DNA of 64,000 bases from Spongiibacteraceae bacterium (GTDB lineage Bacteria > Pseudomonadota > Gammaproteobacteria > Pseudomonadales > CAMLJR01): NCBI GenBank assembly GCA_043786385.1, contig JAYVWC010000001.1, positions 9,250 to 73,249 on the forward strand, written 5' to 3'. The stretch's first letter is position 1. The number at the start of each line of letters is the position of its first letter. Made by a program: the position numbers and the translations under genes. Of this stretch, positions 54,220 to 64,000 are shown one piece after another. The notes beneath the pieces are model-generated. The model worked only from the letters and a program-made list of their open reading frames with translations, was not told the origin of the DNA and did not search any database.

Positions 54220-55176
54220 ATGACTGACAGCGTGAATTGGCAGCAGCATCTACAAGGCATCGTCGCCGTGTTGTACGGCGGCAAATCGGCCGAGCGCGAA
54301 GTATCGCTGGATAGTGGCGCGGCGATTTTCGCGGCGCTGCGCAAAATTGGCGTGCCAGCGGTGTTGGTCGATACGCAAAAAAAGGGCTGGTGGAATCGCT
54401 TCGGCAGCGCTGATTTTGGCGGCGAGTGGGCGCACGCGTTTATCGCATTGCACGGCCGCGGTGGCGAAGACGGTACCGTGCAAGGTTTGCTTGAAACACT
54501 CGGTGTCTCGTATACCGGTAGCGGCGTGTTGGCGTCGGCTTTGGCGATGGATAAATTGCGCACCAAACAATTGTGGCGCGGCATGGGTTTATCGACGCCA
54601 GAATTTGAATTGTTAAATGAGCGCAGCGATTTTTCCGATTTAATCGCGCGCTGGGGCACAGTGATGGTAAAGCCTGCGCGCGAAGGTTCCAGCGTCGGCA
54701 TGGCGAAAGCAACCAGCGCTGCGCAATTGCAGCAAGCGTTTGCGCTCGCGCATCAGTACGACGCGGTGGTGTTGGCCGAGCGCTGCATCATCGGCGCGGA
54801 ATTTACTGTAGCAATGTTGGGCGAGCGCGTGCTGCCGGCGATTCGCCTCGAAACCGATAATGTTTTTTACGATTACAACGCGAAATATATTTCCAACGAC
54901 ACGCGTTATATCTGCCCGTGCGGTTTGAGTGCGGACAAAGAGCGCGAATTAGCAGCGTTAGCAGCGGCAGCTTTTAGCAGCATGGGTTGTCGCGGTTGGG
55001 GTCGCGTCGATGTGATGCAAGATGACGACGGAGAGTTTTATTTACTCGAAGTGAACACCGTGCCCGGTATGACCAGCCACAGTTTGGTGCCGATGGCGGC
55101 GCGCGCGGCCGGAATTGAATTTGAGCAGTTGGTGGCGGAAATTTTGCGCCTCAGCTTGCCGGTCGCCGCGGCTTAA
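54220..55176 (+). CDS. ddl: D-alanine--D-alanine ligase
   Basis: 318 aa ATP-grasp protein with ...LHGRGGEDGTVQGLLE... and ...EVNTVPGMTSHSLVP... motifs. Confidence 0.95.
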   Translation: MTDSVNWQQHLQGIVAVLYGGKSAEREVSLDSGAAIFAALRKIGVPAVLVDTQKKGWWNRFGSADFGGEWAHAFIALHGRGGEDGTVQGLLETLGVSYTGSGVLASALAMDKLRTKQLWRGMGLSTPEFELLNERSDFSDLIARWGTVMVKPAREGSSVGMAKATSAAQLQQAFALAHQYDAVVLAERCIIGAEFTVAMLGERVLPAIRLETDNVFYDYNAKYISNDTRYICPCGLSADKERELAALAAAAFSSMGCRGWGRVDVMQDDDGEFYLLEVNTVPGMTSHSLVPMAARAAGIEFEQLVAEILRLSLPVAAA

Positions 55177-56105
55177 TGGGCCTGTTAGGTGGCAATAAAA
55201 AGCAGGGCGCGAGCCCGTCGCAGCGCCGTCGCGCGCCGACCGCACGCCGCGAGCCGGTGCGCAAAGCAGCGGCGAATAAATCGCAGCGACCGCCGTTGGT
55301 GTTGCCGTGGCGTAACTGGGGCTTGAAATCGCTACCGGTGTTGGCCGTGGCGTTAGTGTTGGGGTTGTTGATCGGCGCATGGAAAATGTTGGATTACGTC
55401 GGTTCGGTGCCGGTATCGCGCGTCGTCGTCACCGGCAATTTACAGCATGTCGATCGCAAATTATTGACCGAGCGCGTGCAGCCGATGTTGGCTGGTGCAG
55501 GCTTTATGACCGTAGATATACAAAAAATTCGCGGCGCCGTAATGGAATTGCCGTGGGTCGCGGAAGCGGCAATTCAACGACGCTGGCCCGATCAATTGGT
55601 GATCGCGGTGACCGAGCAAGAAGCGATTGCACGCTGGGGCGCCGATGGTTTGTTGAATCGTCGCGGTGAAGTATTTCGTCCGCAGCCGCTGGGCCATGTC
55701 GAAGGATTGCCGCTGTTGTTTGGCCCCGACAATGTATCGGCCGAAGTGGTTGCGCGTTATGCAGAGCTGCGCGAATTGTTGAGCGCGCAACAGTTAACGC
55801 TGGCGAACCTCGGTACCGACGAGCGCGGTAGCTGGTCGGCAACTTTGCAAAATGGTTTGGTGTTGCATTTGGGTACCGGCGATGTATTAAAAAAAATTCG
55901 ACGCTTTTCGCGCGTATACCGCGAAGATTTGGCTCGGCAAATCGATCGAATTGCGTATATCGATTTACGCTACAGCAACGGCGTGGCGGTCGGTTGGAAG
56001 CGGGCTGCAGCGAACTCGCCAACTCCATTAGTGGATGCGGCTATGCCTAATTCCGAATGGGCAATCAACGCGCGCGATCAACAAGTGGAAATGAAACAAT
56101 TATGA
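55176..56105 (+). CDS. ftsQ: Cell division protein FtsQ
   Basis: 309 aa. It has a basic cytoplasmic N-terminus, a single TM helix and POTRA plus beta domains (...VVVTGNLQHVD...). It sits between ddl and ftsA. Confidence 0.9.
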   Translation: MGLLGGNKKQGASPSQRRRAPTARREPVRKAAANKSQRPPLVLPWRNWGLKSLPVLAVALVLGLLIGAWKMLDYVGSVPVSRVVVTGNLQHVDRKLLTERVQPMLAGAGFMTVDIQKIRGAVMELPWVAEAAIQRRWPDQLVIAVTEQEAIARWGADGLLNRRGEVFRPQPLGHVEGLPLLFGPDNVSAEVVARYAELRELLSAQQLTLANLGTDERGSWSATLQNGLVLHLGTGDVLKKIRRFSRVYREDLARQIDRIAYIDLRYSNGVAVGWKRAAANSPTPLVDAAMPNSEWAINARDQQVEMKQL

Positions 56106-56153
56106 AAATGGTACGGTTAACAAAAACAGCACGACGATTTGGGGTGCATGCGC

Positions 56154-57407
56154 ATGGCTAGTGGACACGACAGCAGAATGATCGTCGGCCTCGACATCGG
56201 CACCTCTAAGGTGGTGGCTATCGTCGGCTCGATCACCGATAGCGGCGAGTTGGAAATTGTCGGCATCGGTTCGCATCCATCGCGCGGTATGAAAAAAGGC
56301 GTAGTGGTAAATATTGAATCGACGGTGCAATCGATTCAGCGCGCGATCGAAGAAGCCGAATTGATGGCGGGCTGTCAGATACATTCGGTGTATGCAGGCA
56401 TCGCTGGCAGTCATATTCGCAGTTTGAATTCGCACGGCATCGTCGCAGTGCGGGATCGCGAAGTGTATCCGCTCGATCTCGAGCGCGTGATTGATGCGGC
56501 GCAGGCGGTTGCGATTCCGGCCGATCAAAAAGTGCTGCACGTGTTGCCGCAGGAATACATTCTCGATAGCCAAGAAGGCATTAAAGAGCCGCTCGGCATG
56601 TCCGGTGTGCGACTCGAAGCGAAAGTGCATCTCGTCACCTGTGCAGTAAACGCGGCACAGAATATCGAAAAATGTATTCGTCGTTGTGGCCTGGAAGTCG
56701 AAGATATTATTCTCGAACAATTGGCGTCGAGCTACGCGGTGCTGACCGACGACGAGCGCGAACTCGGTGTGTGTTTAGTTGACATCGGTGGCGGCACCAC
56801 CGACATTGCAATTTTCACCGAAGGTGCGATTCGCCACACCGGCGTGATCCCAATCGCCGGTGATCAAGTCACTAACGATATCGCGATGGCGCTGCGCACG
56901 CCGACGCAGTTCGCCGAAGAAATAAAAATTAAATACGCGTGTGCGTTAAGGCAATTGGCGCGCGCCGAAGAAACCATCAAAGTGCCGAGCGTCGGCGATC
57001 GTCCACCGCGCGACCTCAGTCGTCAAGCGCTGGCGGAAGTTGTCGAGCCGCGCTACGACGAATTATTTACGTTGGTACAAGCCGAGCTGCGCCGTAGCGG
57101 TTACGAAGACATGATCGCAGCGGGCATCGTGTTGACTGGCGGCACTTCGCGGATGGAAGGCGTGGTCGAATTGGCCGAAGAAATTTTCCACACGCCGGTG
57201 CGCATCGGTGTGCCGCTCGATGTGTTGGGGTTAAACGATATCGTGCGCAATCCGATTTATTCGACCGGTGTTGGACTTTTGCATTACGGATTAAAGCATC
57301 ACGCAGCCGGTGGCGCGCGCGGTAGCGCACGGCAGCGCAAGCAGCGCGATAGTGGTACGGGTAATTTATTCGCGCGCGCACGGCAGTGGTTGCAGAACAA
57401 TTTTTAA
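56154..57407 (+). CDS. ftsA: Cell division protein FtsA
   Basis: Within ORF 56139..57407. ATG 56154 gives MASGHDSRMIVGLDIGTSKV.... DIGGGTTDIAIF is present, along with a C-terminal amphipathic helix (LFARARQWLQNNF). Confidence 0.95.
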   Translation: MASGHDSRMIVGLDIGTSKVVAIVGSITDSGELEIVGIGSHPSRGMKKGVVVNIESTVQSIQRAIEEAELMAGCQIHSVYAGIAGSHIRSLNSHGIVAVRDREVYPLDLERVIDAAQAVAIPADQKVLHVLPQEYILDSQEGIKEPLGMSGVRLEAKVHLVTCAVNAAQNIEKCIRRCGLEVEDIILEQLASSYAVLTDDERELGVCLVDIGGGTTDIAIFTEGAIRHTGVIPIAGDQVTNDIAMALRTPTQFAEEIKIKYACALRQLARAEETIKVPSVGDRPPRDLSRQALAEVVEPRYDELFTLVQAELRRSGYEDMIAAGIVLTGGTSRMEGVVELAEEIFHTPVRIGVPLDVLGLNDIVRNPIYSTGVGLLHYGLKHHAAGGARGSARQRKQRDSGTGNLFARARQWLQNNF

Positions 57408-57534
57408 AACGGCTGCGGCGATCTCGATCAGTGACTTGATCGCAGCAGCGGGTAGTGCAGTAGAAGTTTTTAGTGGTGGTAACGCGGTTCCGGGCAGATC
57501 GAGTTGAGTTTTTAAAAAAAGGGGAGAGTGCATC

Positions 57535-58713
57535 ATGTTTGAATTAGTAGATAGTATTCCGCAAAATGCAGTAATCAAAGTGGTCGGCGTTGGTGGCGGC
57601 GGTGGCAATGCCGTTAAACATATGATCGCGAGCGCAGTCGAAGGCGTGGATTTTATTTGCGCTAACACCGACGCTCAGGCGCTCACCGATGTCGCATCGA
57701 AAACCGTATTGCAACTGGGCTCGGGCGTTACCAAGGGCCTGGGTGCTGGAGCCAATCCGGATGTCGGTCGACAGGCTGCGCTCGAAGATCGCGATCGCAT
57801 CGCCGAAGTATTACGCGGTGCCGATATGGTGTTCATCACCGCGGGCATGGGTGGCGGCACCGGCACCGGCGGTGCGCCAGTGGTAGCGCAGGTCGCGCGC
57901 GAGATGGGCATTCTGACGGTCGCGGTGGTCACCAAGCCGTTCCCGTTCGAAGGCAAAAAGCGCATGGCTATCGCCAACGAAGGTATCCGCGAATTGCAGG
58001 ATCACGTCGACTCGCTGATTACCATCCCCAACGAAAAATTGCTCGCGGTGCTGGGTAAAAATACCAGCCTGATGACTGCGTTCAAAGCGGCGAACGATGT
58101 TTTACTCGGCGCAGTACAGGGCATCGCAGATTTAATTATTCGCCCGGGTATGATCAACGTCGATTTCGCTGACGTGCGTACGGTCATGTCGGAAATGGGC
58201 GCGGCGATGATGGGCACCGGTGTTGCGCGCGGTGAAAATCGGGCGCGTGAAGCGGCCGAGGCAGCGATTCGCAGTCCGTTGTTAGAGGATGTCGATTTGC
58301 AGGGCGCGCGCGGTATTTTGGTCAATATCACCGCCGGTCTCGATCTGTCGCTTGGCGAGTTTACCGAAGTCGGCGATATCATCGAGGAGTTTGCCTCCGA
58401 GAGCGCGACGGTGGTGGTTGGTACCGTTATCGATCCCGAGATGCGCGACGAACTGAAAGTTACCGTGGTGGCGACTGGGCTGGGCATGCTTTCAGCTGCT
58501 GTTCAGGATTCGCCGTTTAAAGTGGTCGAAACGAAAAGGCCGCTGGTCGAGCCCACTCCGGTGGTCTACCGCGATTTGGAACGGCCCACCGTGATGCGCA
58601 ATCAGCAGGCGGCGGCAGTGGCCCGCGAGGTGGTGGTAAAATCGGCACCGCTGGTCGAGCCCGATATGGAGTACTTGGATATCCCGGCTTTTTTACGCCG
58701 CCAAGCGGATTAA
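57535..58713 (+). CDS. ftsZ: Cell division GTPase FtsZ
   Basis: 392 aa with the tubulin signature [13 protein letters not shown] and the C-terminal conserved peptide [11 protein letters not shown]. Confidence 0.98.
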   Translation: MFELVDSIPQNAVIKVVGVGGGGGNAVKHMIASAVEGVDFICANTDAQALTDVASKTVLQLGSGVTKGLGAGANPDVGRQAALEDRDRIAEVLRGADMVFITAGMGGGTGTGGAPVVAQVAREMGILTVAVVTKPFPFEGKKRMAIANEGIRELQDHVDSLITIPNEKLLAVLGKNTSLMTAFKAANDVLLGAVQGIADLIIRPGMINVDFADVRTVMSEMGAAMMGTGVARGENRAREAAEAAIRSPLLEDVDLQGARGILVNITAGLDLSLGEFTEVGDIIEEFASESATVVVGTVIDPEMRDELKVTVVATGLGMLSAAVQDSPFKVVETKRPLVEPTPVVYRDLERPTVMRNQQAAAVAREVVVKSAPLVEPDMEYLDIPAFLRRQAD

Positions 58714-58829
58714 AAAAGCGCCGCAGAGGCTAGTGGCTCGGGCGGCAGCGGGGTAGTGGTTTGGTGAGCGGCATAGATTCTGCTAATATTACGAATCTAT
58801 TACCGCCGTAAAAGGGTAACTACCCGGAT

Positions 58830-59741
58830 ATGATCAGACAGCGAACTCTACGCAACGCCATTCGCGCTACCGGCGTCGGGCTGCATACGGGCGAAAAAGT
58901 CTATTTGACTTTGCGTCCAGCCCCCGTCGATACCGGTATCGTGTTTCGCCGCGTGGATCTCAATCCCGTGGTCGAAATTGCCGCTAAAGCTGAGAATGTC
59001 GGCGATACCACGTTGTCGACGACCTTGGTCAAAGGCGACGTGCGCGTGTCGACCGTCGAGCATTTGATGGCGGCGATGGCGGGCCTGGGCATCGATAATT
59101 GCTATATCGAGCTCAGCGCGCCGGAAGTGCCGATTATGGATGGCAGTGCTGCGCCGTTTGTGTTCCTGCTGCAATCGGCGGGTATCCAAGAGCAAAAAGC
59201 TGCTAAACGCTTTATTCGCATCAAGCGCCCGGTGGTCATTAAAGATGGCGACAAAGTAGCTAGCTTCCTCCCCTTTGCTGGCTTCAAGATGTCGTTCACT
59301 ATCGATTTTGACCATCCGGTGTTTCGCGATCGCAGTAGTCACGCGGAGATTGATTTTTCCAGAACGTCCTTCGTGAAGGAGATCAGCCGCGCGCGCACCT
59401 TCGGTTTTATGCACGAGTTCGAATACCTGCGCAGCAAAGGATTGGTGCGCGGCGGTAGCCTGGATAATGCCGTGGTGGTCGACGAATACCGCATCGTCAA
59501 CGAAGATGGTCTGCGCTACGAGGACGAGTTTGTTAAGCACAAGATGCTCGATGCGATCGGTGATTTGTACCTGCTGGGACATAGTCTAATTGGTGAATTC
59601 CGTGCGGTTAAATCGGGTCACGCATTGAATAATGTCTCGGTGCGTACGTTGCTTGCCGAGGCCGATGCCTGGGAAATGGTCACCTTCGAAGATGCGCAAA
59701 CGGCGCCTATTTCTTACGCCTCGTCGGTCGCACTGGCTTAA
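58830..59741 (+). CDS. lpxC: UDP-3-O-acyl-N-acetylglucosamine deacetylase
   Basis: 303 aa starting [24 protein letters not shown], with ...TVEHLMAA... and ...[12 protein letters not shown]... motifs. Confidence 0.97.
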   Translation: MIRQRTLRNAIRATGVGLHTGEKVYLTLRPAPVDTGIVFRRVDLNPVVEIAAKAENVGDTTLSTTLVKGDVRVSTVEHLMAAMAGLGIDNCYIELSAPEVPIMDGSAAPFVFLLQSAGIQEQKAAKRFIRIKRPVVIKDGDKVASFLPFAGFKMSFTIDFDHPVFRDRSSHAEIDFSRTSFVKEISRARTFGFMHEFEYLRSKGLVRGGSLDNAVVVDEYRIVNEDGLRYEDEFVKHKMLDAIGDLYLLGHSLIGEFRAVKSGHALNNVSVRTLLAEADAWEMVTFEDAQTAPISYASSVALA

Positions 59742-59764
59742 TCTTACGAACTCAAAATACCAGC

Positions 59765-59812
59765 CCCCGCAAATCCTCAAATGCTGTATCGGTTTGGGGA
59801 TTTTTGTTTTGC
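59765..59812 (+). terminator. Possible weak intrinsic terminator after lpxC
   Basis: Either CCC(G)CAAA...TTTGGGG or AAATCC...GGATTT can pair, followed by TTTTTGTTTT. The loop is long (about 19-21 nt), so this call is tentative. Confidence 0.35.
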
Positions 59813-59956
59813 ACCTAAGGGGGGACATACTGCCAATCCCTTATCGTGATCGGTTGAAAAATAAGCGATAGCTGCCGTCCGTTTGCCCTCGCGTAAACGG
59901 TTGTGCGATAGTTGCACCCCGTTAAATTGCCGAAGACCTCGAATACTGTTCCAGTG

Positions 59957-60832
59957 ATGAAAAAAATAACCCAACTTGCCGAGCGCATCCGCCCCGCGTC
60001 GACATCGATCTTCAGTCGATGGAGGCGCACGTTACTGTCGTTTTGTGCAATCGGGCTACCGTTGGGAGCTGGTTTGGCGATGGGTTATACCGTCGGCCAT
60101 CAGCAGTCTGGCTCGGTCGAGGATGAGTTAGGGATGGCGTTGCGCGAGCGCATGCGAGTCGTCGATCCTGCCCACACTGAGCTTGCCGGGCGCATGGCGG
60201 AGCTTGGGTCGCGTTTAGATGGCGCAAGTGAAGCGCATAAGCGCGCCGCCGAAGAGTCATGTAAGGCGGATCCGCTGGCCGCTGGCGGACCCAGCGTTGC
60301 AGAGGCTTTTGCACCTGAATCGCAGGATATATATCAAGCGATCGAACGCTTATCGCAGCGCATCGATAGTCGCGAATCACAATTGGATAATCTCGATGAG
60401 TGGTTGGCGCATCGCCAGATTGGCGAGCGCGCGCTGTGGGCGGCGGAGCCGGTGCGTCGCGTCGGCATATCGTCGTATTTCGGCATGCGAACCGATCCGT
60501 TTACCGGTCAGCGCGCAATGCACGAGGGCATCGATTTTAGCGGCAAAGCTGGCACCGCAATCATGGCGGCCGGCGATGGTGTTGTGACATTTGCCGGTCA
60601 GAAGGAAGGGTACGGACGCCTGATCGAAATCAATCATGGCGACGATTACTACACGCGCTATGCGCACAGCAAATTGATCGTCGTGAAAGCGGGCGACTTG
60701 GTCAGAAAAGGCCAGGTCATCGCGCTGATGGGTAGCAGCGGTCGCTCTACGGGGTCGCATCTGCATTTTGAAGTGTATAAACACGGACGTCCGGTCGATC
60801 CTTTCGTCTACATTCATCAGGCCAGTCGCTGA
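59957..60832 (+). CDS. M23-family peptidoglycan DD-metalloendopeptidase (membrane-anchored, coiled-coil N-domain)
   Basis: Within ORF 59912..60832. It has a TM segment and a coiled coil, followed by the LytM/M23 motifs HEGIDF...GTAIMAAGDG...GSSGRSTGSHLHFEV. The exact start is uncertain, with ATG 59957 proposed. Confidence 0.88.
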   Translation: MKKITQLAERIRPASTSIFSRWRRTLLSFCAIGLPLGAGLAMGYTVGHQQSGSVEDELGMALRERMRVVDPAHTELAGRMAELGSRLDGASEAHKRAAEESCKADPLAAGGPSVAEAFAPESQDIYQAIERLSQRIDSRESQLDNLDEWLAHRQIGERALWAAEPVRRVGISSYFGMRTDPFTGQRAMHEGIDFSGKAGTAIMAAGDGVVTFAGQKEGYGRLIEINHGDDYYTRYAHSKLIVVKAGDLVRKGQVIALMGSSGRSTGSHLHFEVYKHGRPVDPFVYIHQASR

Positions 60833-60984
60833 GCGCAGCGCACGCAAAAGCTTTGCTCTTTTGCACCCACTCGGTATGATCCCAGCCCGGCTTTGCGGGT
60901 GATCGCTCTCTAATTATTGCGCGGTCGTCATAGTGGCATTTATTCTGCCCACAATGGCGCCAGCGTCGAACGTAGTAGGACATT

Positions 60985-63720
60985 ATGTTAGGACTCGTGC
61001 TCAAAAAAGTTTTTGGTAGCAAAAACGATCGCGAACTAAAACGGATGGGCAAGCTGGTTGCCCAAGTCAATGGTTTTGAACAGAGCATTACTGCGCTCAG
61101 CGACGATGCGTTGCGCGGTAAAACGGCTGAGTTCAAGCAGCGCTTGGAGCAAGGTGCGAGCCTCGACGATATCCTCCCCGAAGCATTTGCGGTAGTGCGC
61201 GAAGCGGGCAAGCGCGTGCTCGGTATGCGCCACTTCGACGTGCAAATGATTGGCGGCATTACGCTGCACGAAGGTCGCATCGCCGAGATGCGTACCGGCG
61301 AAGGTAAAACGCTGATGGCCACGTTGCCGGTGTATTTAAATGCGCTGGCGGGCAAAGGTGTTTTCGTCATTACCGTCAACGATTACCTCGCGCAACGCGA
61401 TGCCGAATGGATGGGCCCGATCTACCGTTTTCTCGGCATGACCTTCGGCGTGATTTTGTCGGGCCAGGATCCTGAGGCAAAGCGCGCGGCGTATACCGCC
61501 GATATCACTTACGGCACCAATAACGAATTCGGTTTTGATTATCTGCGCGACAATATGGCGTTCACGAAAGAGGATCGCTTTCAGCGCGGTTTGTATTTCT
61601 CGATCGTCGATGAAGTCGATTCGATTCTGATCGACGAAGCGCGCACGCCACTGATTATTTCCGGCGCGGCGGAGGATAGCTCCGAATTGTATCGCCGCAT
61701 TAATTTGTTGGTTCCGAAACTTGAGCTGGGCATTGTGGAGCCGGGGCCGGAACCCAAATCGACCGGCCACTACACCGTCGATGAAAAAATGCGGCAGGTG
61801 GAAATCACCGAAACTGGTCATCAGTTAATCGAAGACTGGCTTGTACAAAACGATTTGCTGCAAGCCGGCGACAGCTTGTATTCCGCGACCAATCTCAATT
61901 TATTGCATCACGTGCATTCGGCACTGCGCGCGCATTCGCTGTTTCATCGCGATGTCGAATACATCGTGCAGGACGATCAGGTGGTATTGATCGATGAACA
62001 CACCGGCCGCACGATGCCGGGGCGGCGTTTATCGGAAGGCTTGCATCAGGCGATCGAAGCCAAAGAAAACGTACGCATTCAAGCCGAAACGCAAACGTTG
62101 GCGTCGACCACCTTTCAAAACTATTTCCGGTTGTTCGATAAACTCGCTGGCATGACCGGCACCGCCGATACCGAAGCGTACGAATTTCACCAAATTTACA
62201 ATCTGGACGTAGTGGTTATTCCCACCAACAAACCGACCACGCGTCAGGATTTAAACGATCTGGTTTATTTGACCAAAAACGAAAAATACGACGCGATTGT
62301 CGACGATGTCAAAGCGGTTACGGATAAAGGCGCGCCGGTATTGGTCGGCACCGCATCGATCGAAACCTCCGAAGAATTATCCGAGCGCCTGAAAAAAGCC
62401 GGCATTCCACATAAAGTATTAAATGCCAAATACCATCGCCAAGAAGCCGAAATTATTTCGCAAGCGGGTCGGCCGGGCGTAGTTACAGTGGCGACCAACA
62501 TGGCGGGTCGCGGCACCGATATCGTATTGGGTGGCAATGTCGAAGTTGAGATCGCGCAAATGGTCGGCGCGACTGCCGAACAGATTCAAGCGGCGCGCGA
62601 TGCGTGGCGCAAACGCCACGAACAAGTCATTGCCGCCGGTGGTTTGCATATCATCGGCACCGAGCGTCACGAATCGCGCCGCATCGATAATCAATTGCGC
62701 GGCCGCGCAGGTCGCCAAGGCGATCCGGGTTTATCGCGTTTCTATTTATCGCTCGAAGATAGTTTGATGCGAATTTTTGCGTCGGATCGCGTGAAAGGCA
62801 TTATGCAAGCCCTCGGTATGGAGAAGGGCGAAGCGATCGAACATCGCATGGTCAGCAATGCGATCGAGAAAGCGCAGCGCAAAGTTGAGGCGCGCAACTT
62901 CGATATGCGCAAACAATTGCTTGAGTACGACGATGTCGCCAACGATCAACGACAAATCGTCTATCAGCAGCGCAACGATTTGTTGGAGTTCGAATCGATT
63001 GCCGATAGCATCGATGCGATTCGTATCGATGTGATAAACGGCGTAATCGACGAATATATTCCACCGGAAAGTTTAGAGGAGCAGTGGGATGCCGCCGGTC
63101 TAGAAAAACGCTTAGAAGCCGAGTTCGCTGTGCCGGCGCCGGTTCAGCAATGGTTGGAAGTGGATAAGTCGCTACACGAAGAGCCGTTGCGCGCGAAAAT
63201 TCTCGACGAAGCGAGCGCCGCTTATTTGCGCAAGCGCGCGGCGGTCGGTCCGGAAATTACGCGGCTGGAAAAATACATCATGCTGCAAGTGCTCGACACG
63301 CTGTGGAAAGAGCATTTGGCAATGATGGATCATTTGCGCTACGGCATTCATTTGCGTGCCTACGCGCAGAAAAATCCCAAGCAGGAATACAAGCGCGAAG
63401 CGTTTGCGATGTTCGAGCAGATGCTCAACAATTTGAAGCGCGAAGTGGTGCGCTTTTTATCGCATGTCGAAGTTCGTCGTCAGGATGAGCTGGAGCAGTT
63501 AGAGCAACAGCGTCGCGATGAAGATGCGCATAAGAAAATGCAGTTTCAACACGCGCAGGTATCGGCGATCGCCGAAGGCGACGAAGAAGAGCATGCTGTG
63601 CAACCGCGCGCGCAAACAATTACACCTTTTGTGCGCGACGAAGCCAAAGTCGGTCGTAATGAATTATGTCACTGCGGATCCGGCAAAAAATACAAACATT
63701 GCCACGGCAAATTGAGTTAA
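60985..63720 (+). CDS. secA: Preprotein translocase ATPase SecA
   Basis: 911 aa starting [20 protein letters not shown]. It has the Walker A motif [13 protein letters not shown]-like [19 protein letters not shown] and the C-terminal zinc finger [14 protein letters not shown]. Confidence 0.98.
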   Translation: MLGLVLKKVFGSKNDRELKRMGKLVAQVNGFEQSITALSDDALRGKTAEFKQRLEQGASLDDILPEAFAVVREAGKRVLGMRHFDVQMIGGITLHEGRIAEMRTGEGKTLMATLPVYLNALAGKGVFVITVNDYLAQRDAEWMGPIYRFLGMTFGVILSGQDPEAKRAAYTADITYGTNNEFGFDYLRDNMAFTKEDRFQRGLYFSIVDEVDSILIDEARTPLIISGAAEDSSELYRRINLLVPKLELGIVEPGPEPKSTGHYTVDEKMRQVEITETGHQLIEDWLVQNDLLQAGDSLYSATNLNLLHHVHSALRAHSLFHRDVEYIVQDDQVVLIDEHTGRTMPGRRLSEGLHQAIEAKENVRIQAETQTLASTTFQNYFRLFDKLAGMTGTADTEAYEFHQIYNLDVVVIPTNKPTTRQDLNDLVYLTKNEKYDAIVDDVKAVTDKGAPVLVGTASIETSEELSERLKKAGIPHKVLNAKYHRQEAEIISQAGRPGVVTVATNMAGRGTDIVLGGNVEVEIAQMVGATAEQIQAARDAWRKRHEQVIAAGGLHIIGTERHESRRIDNQLRGRAGRQGDPGLSRFYLSLEDSLMRIFASDRVKGIMQALGMEKGEAIEHRMVSNAIEKAQRKVEARNFDMRKQLLEYDDVANDQRQIVYQQRNDLLEFESIADSIDAIRIDVINGVIDEYIPPESLEEQWDAAGLEKRLEAEFAVPAPVQQWLEVDKSLHEEPLRAKILDEASAAYLRKRAAVGPEITRLEKYIMLQVLDTLWKEHLAMMDHLRYGIHLRAYAQKNPKQEYKREAFAMFEQMLNNLKREVVRFLSHVEVRRQDELEQLEQQRRDEDAHKKMQFQHAQVSAIAEGDEEEHAVQPRAQTITPFVRDEAKVGRNELCHCGSGKKYKHCHGKLS

Positions 63721-63726
63721 TAAATT

Positions 63727-64000
63727 ATGGCGGTTGGTAGTGGTGTATTGCCGGTGTTGCATCCGGTCGCGGGTTTTGGTTTGGGTGTCGCCAGTGCCGG
63801 CATTAAAAAGCCTGGGCGTCTCGATTTGGTGGTAATGCAAGTGACGGCGCACAGCGCGGTCGCAGCGGTATTCACGCGCAACGCTTTTTGTGCGGCTCCA
63901 GTGCAATTAGCGAAGCGCCATCTCGCTGCCAGTGCGACGCGTTATCTGTTGATCAATACCGGCAACGCGAATGCCGGCACAGGTGCTGCGGGTTTGCACA
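63727..64000 (+). CDS. argJ: Bifunctional ornithine acetyltransferase/N-acetylglutamate synthase ArgJ, partial (runs off the right edge)
   Basis: Absent from the ORF track because the window contains no stop. ATG 63727 gives [37 protein letters not shown]...[11 protein letters not shown]...[11 protein letters not shown], typical of the ArgJ N-terminus. Confidence 0.85.
   Translation, partial: MAVGSGVLPVLHPVAGFGLGVASAGIKKPGRLDLVVMQVTAHSAVAAVFTRNAFCAAPVQLAKRHLAASATRYLLINTGNANAGTGAAGLH

Noticed and set aside
60876-60902. 8-codon upstream ORF (MIPARLCG) and a second short ORF (60954..) in the secA leader, considered as a possible secM-like regulatory peptide.
   Set aside because: It has no ribosome-binding site and no resemblance to SecM arrest motifs. 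It is far too short, and such short ORFs are expected by chance.

Overview
The window is a densely packed, co-linear block of about 65 housekeeping genes from a Gammaproteobacterium. I cannot name the genus from sequence alone. From memory, the gene order matches the gatCA...secA-argJ core region of Pseudomonas-type genomes.

Gene content, left to right:
- gatA (partial) and gatC, then divergently mreBCD-maf-rng-yhdP and a C-N hydrolase.
- A minus-strand block: kdsD-kdsC-lptC-lptA-lptB-rpoN-hpf-ptsN-rapZ-ptsO-yjgA.
- mlaFEDCB-ibaG-murA-hisGDC.
- A DegS/AlgW-type protease, a Nif3-family gene, yhcB, zapE and rplM-rpsI.
- The cytochrome bc1 genes petABC, then sspAB.
- A minus-strand lpoA-yraN-diaA-dolP operon, then rsmI and the RNase P RNA.
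- The complete dcw cluster mraZ-rsmH-ftsL-ftsI-murE-murF-mraY-murD-ftsW-murG-murC-ddl-ftsQ-ftsA-ftsZ-lpxC.
- An M23 peptidase, secA and the start of argJ.

Every ORF of meaningful size has a confident housekeeping assignment and a normal length. I see no tRNA or rRNA genes, IS or transposase genes, integrases, prophage genes, CRISPR arrays, toxin-antitoxin pairs or unassigned multi-gene cassettes.

My honest conclusion is that this is an ordinary core region, largely devoted to envelope and cell-division functions. I could not find a previously undescribed system in it. The findings are small-scale:
- a probable non-canonical ATT start for mreC;
- a four-box MraZ operator behind a consensus promoter;
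- a sigma-54-like motif upstream of zapE;
- an A-tract mini-repeat array in a divergent promoter;
- two short tandem duplications;
- a low-complexity tail on LptA;
- several intergenic hairpins and direct repeats.

No database searches or computations were run. All assignments come from reading the translations and recalling family signatures.
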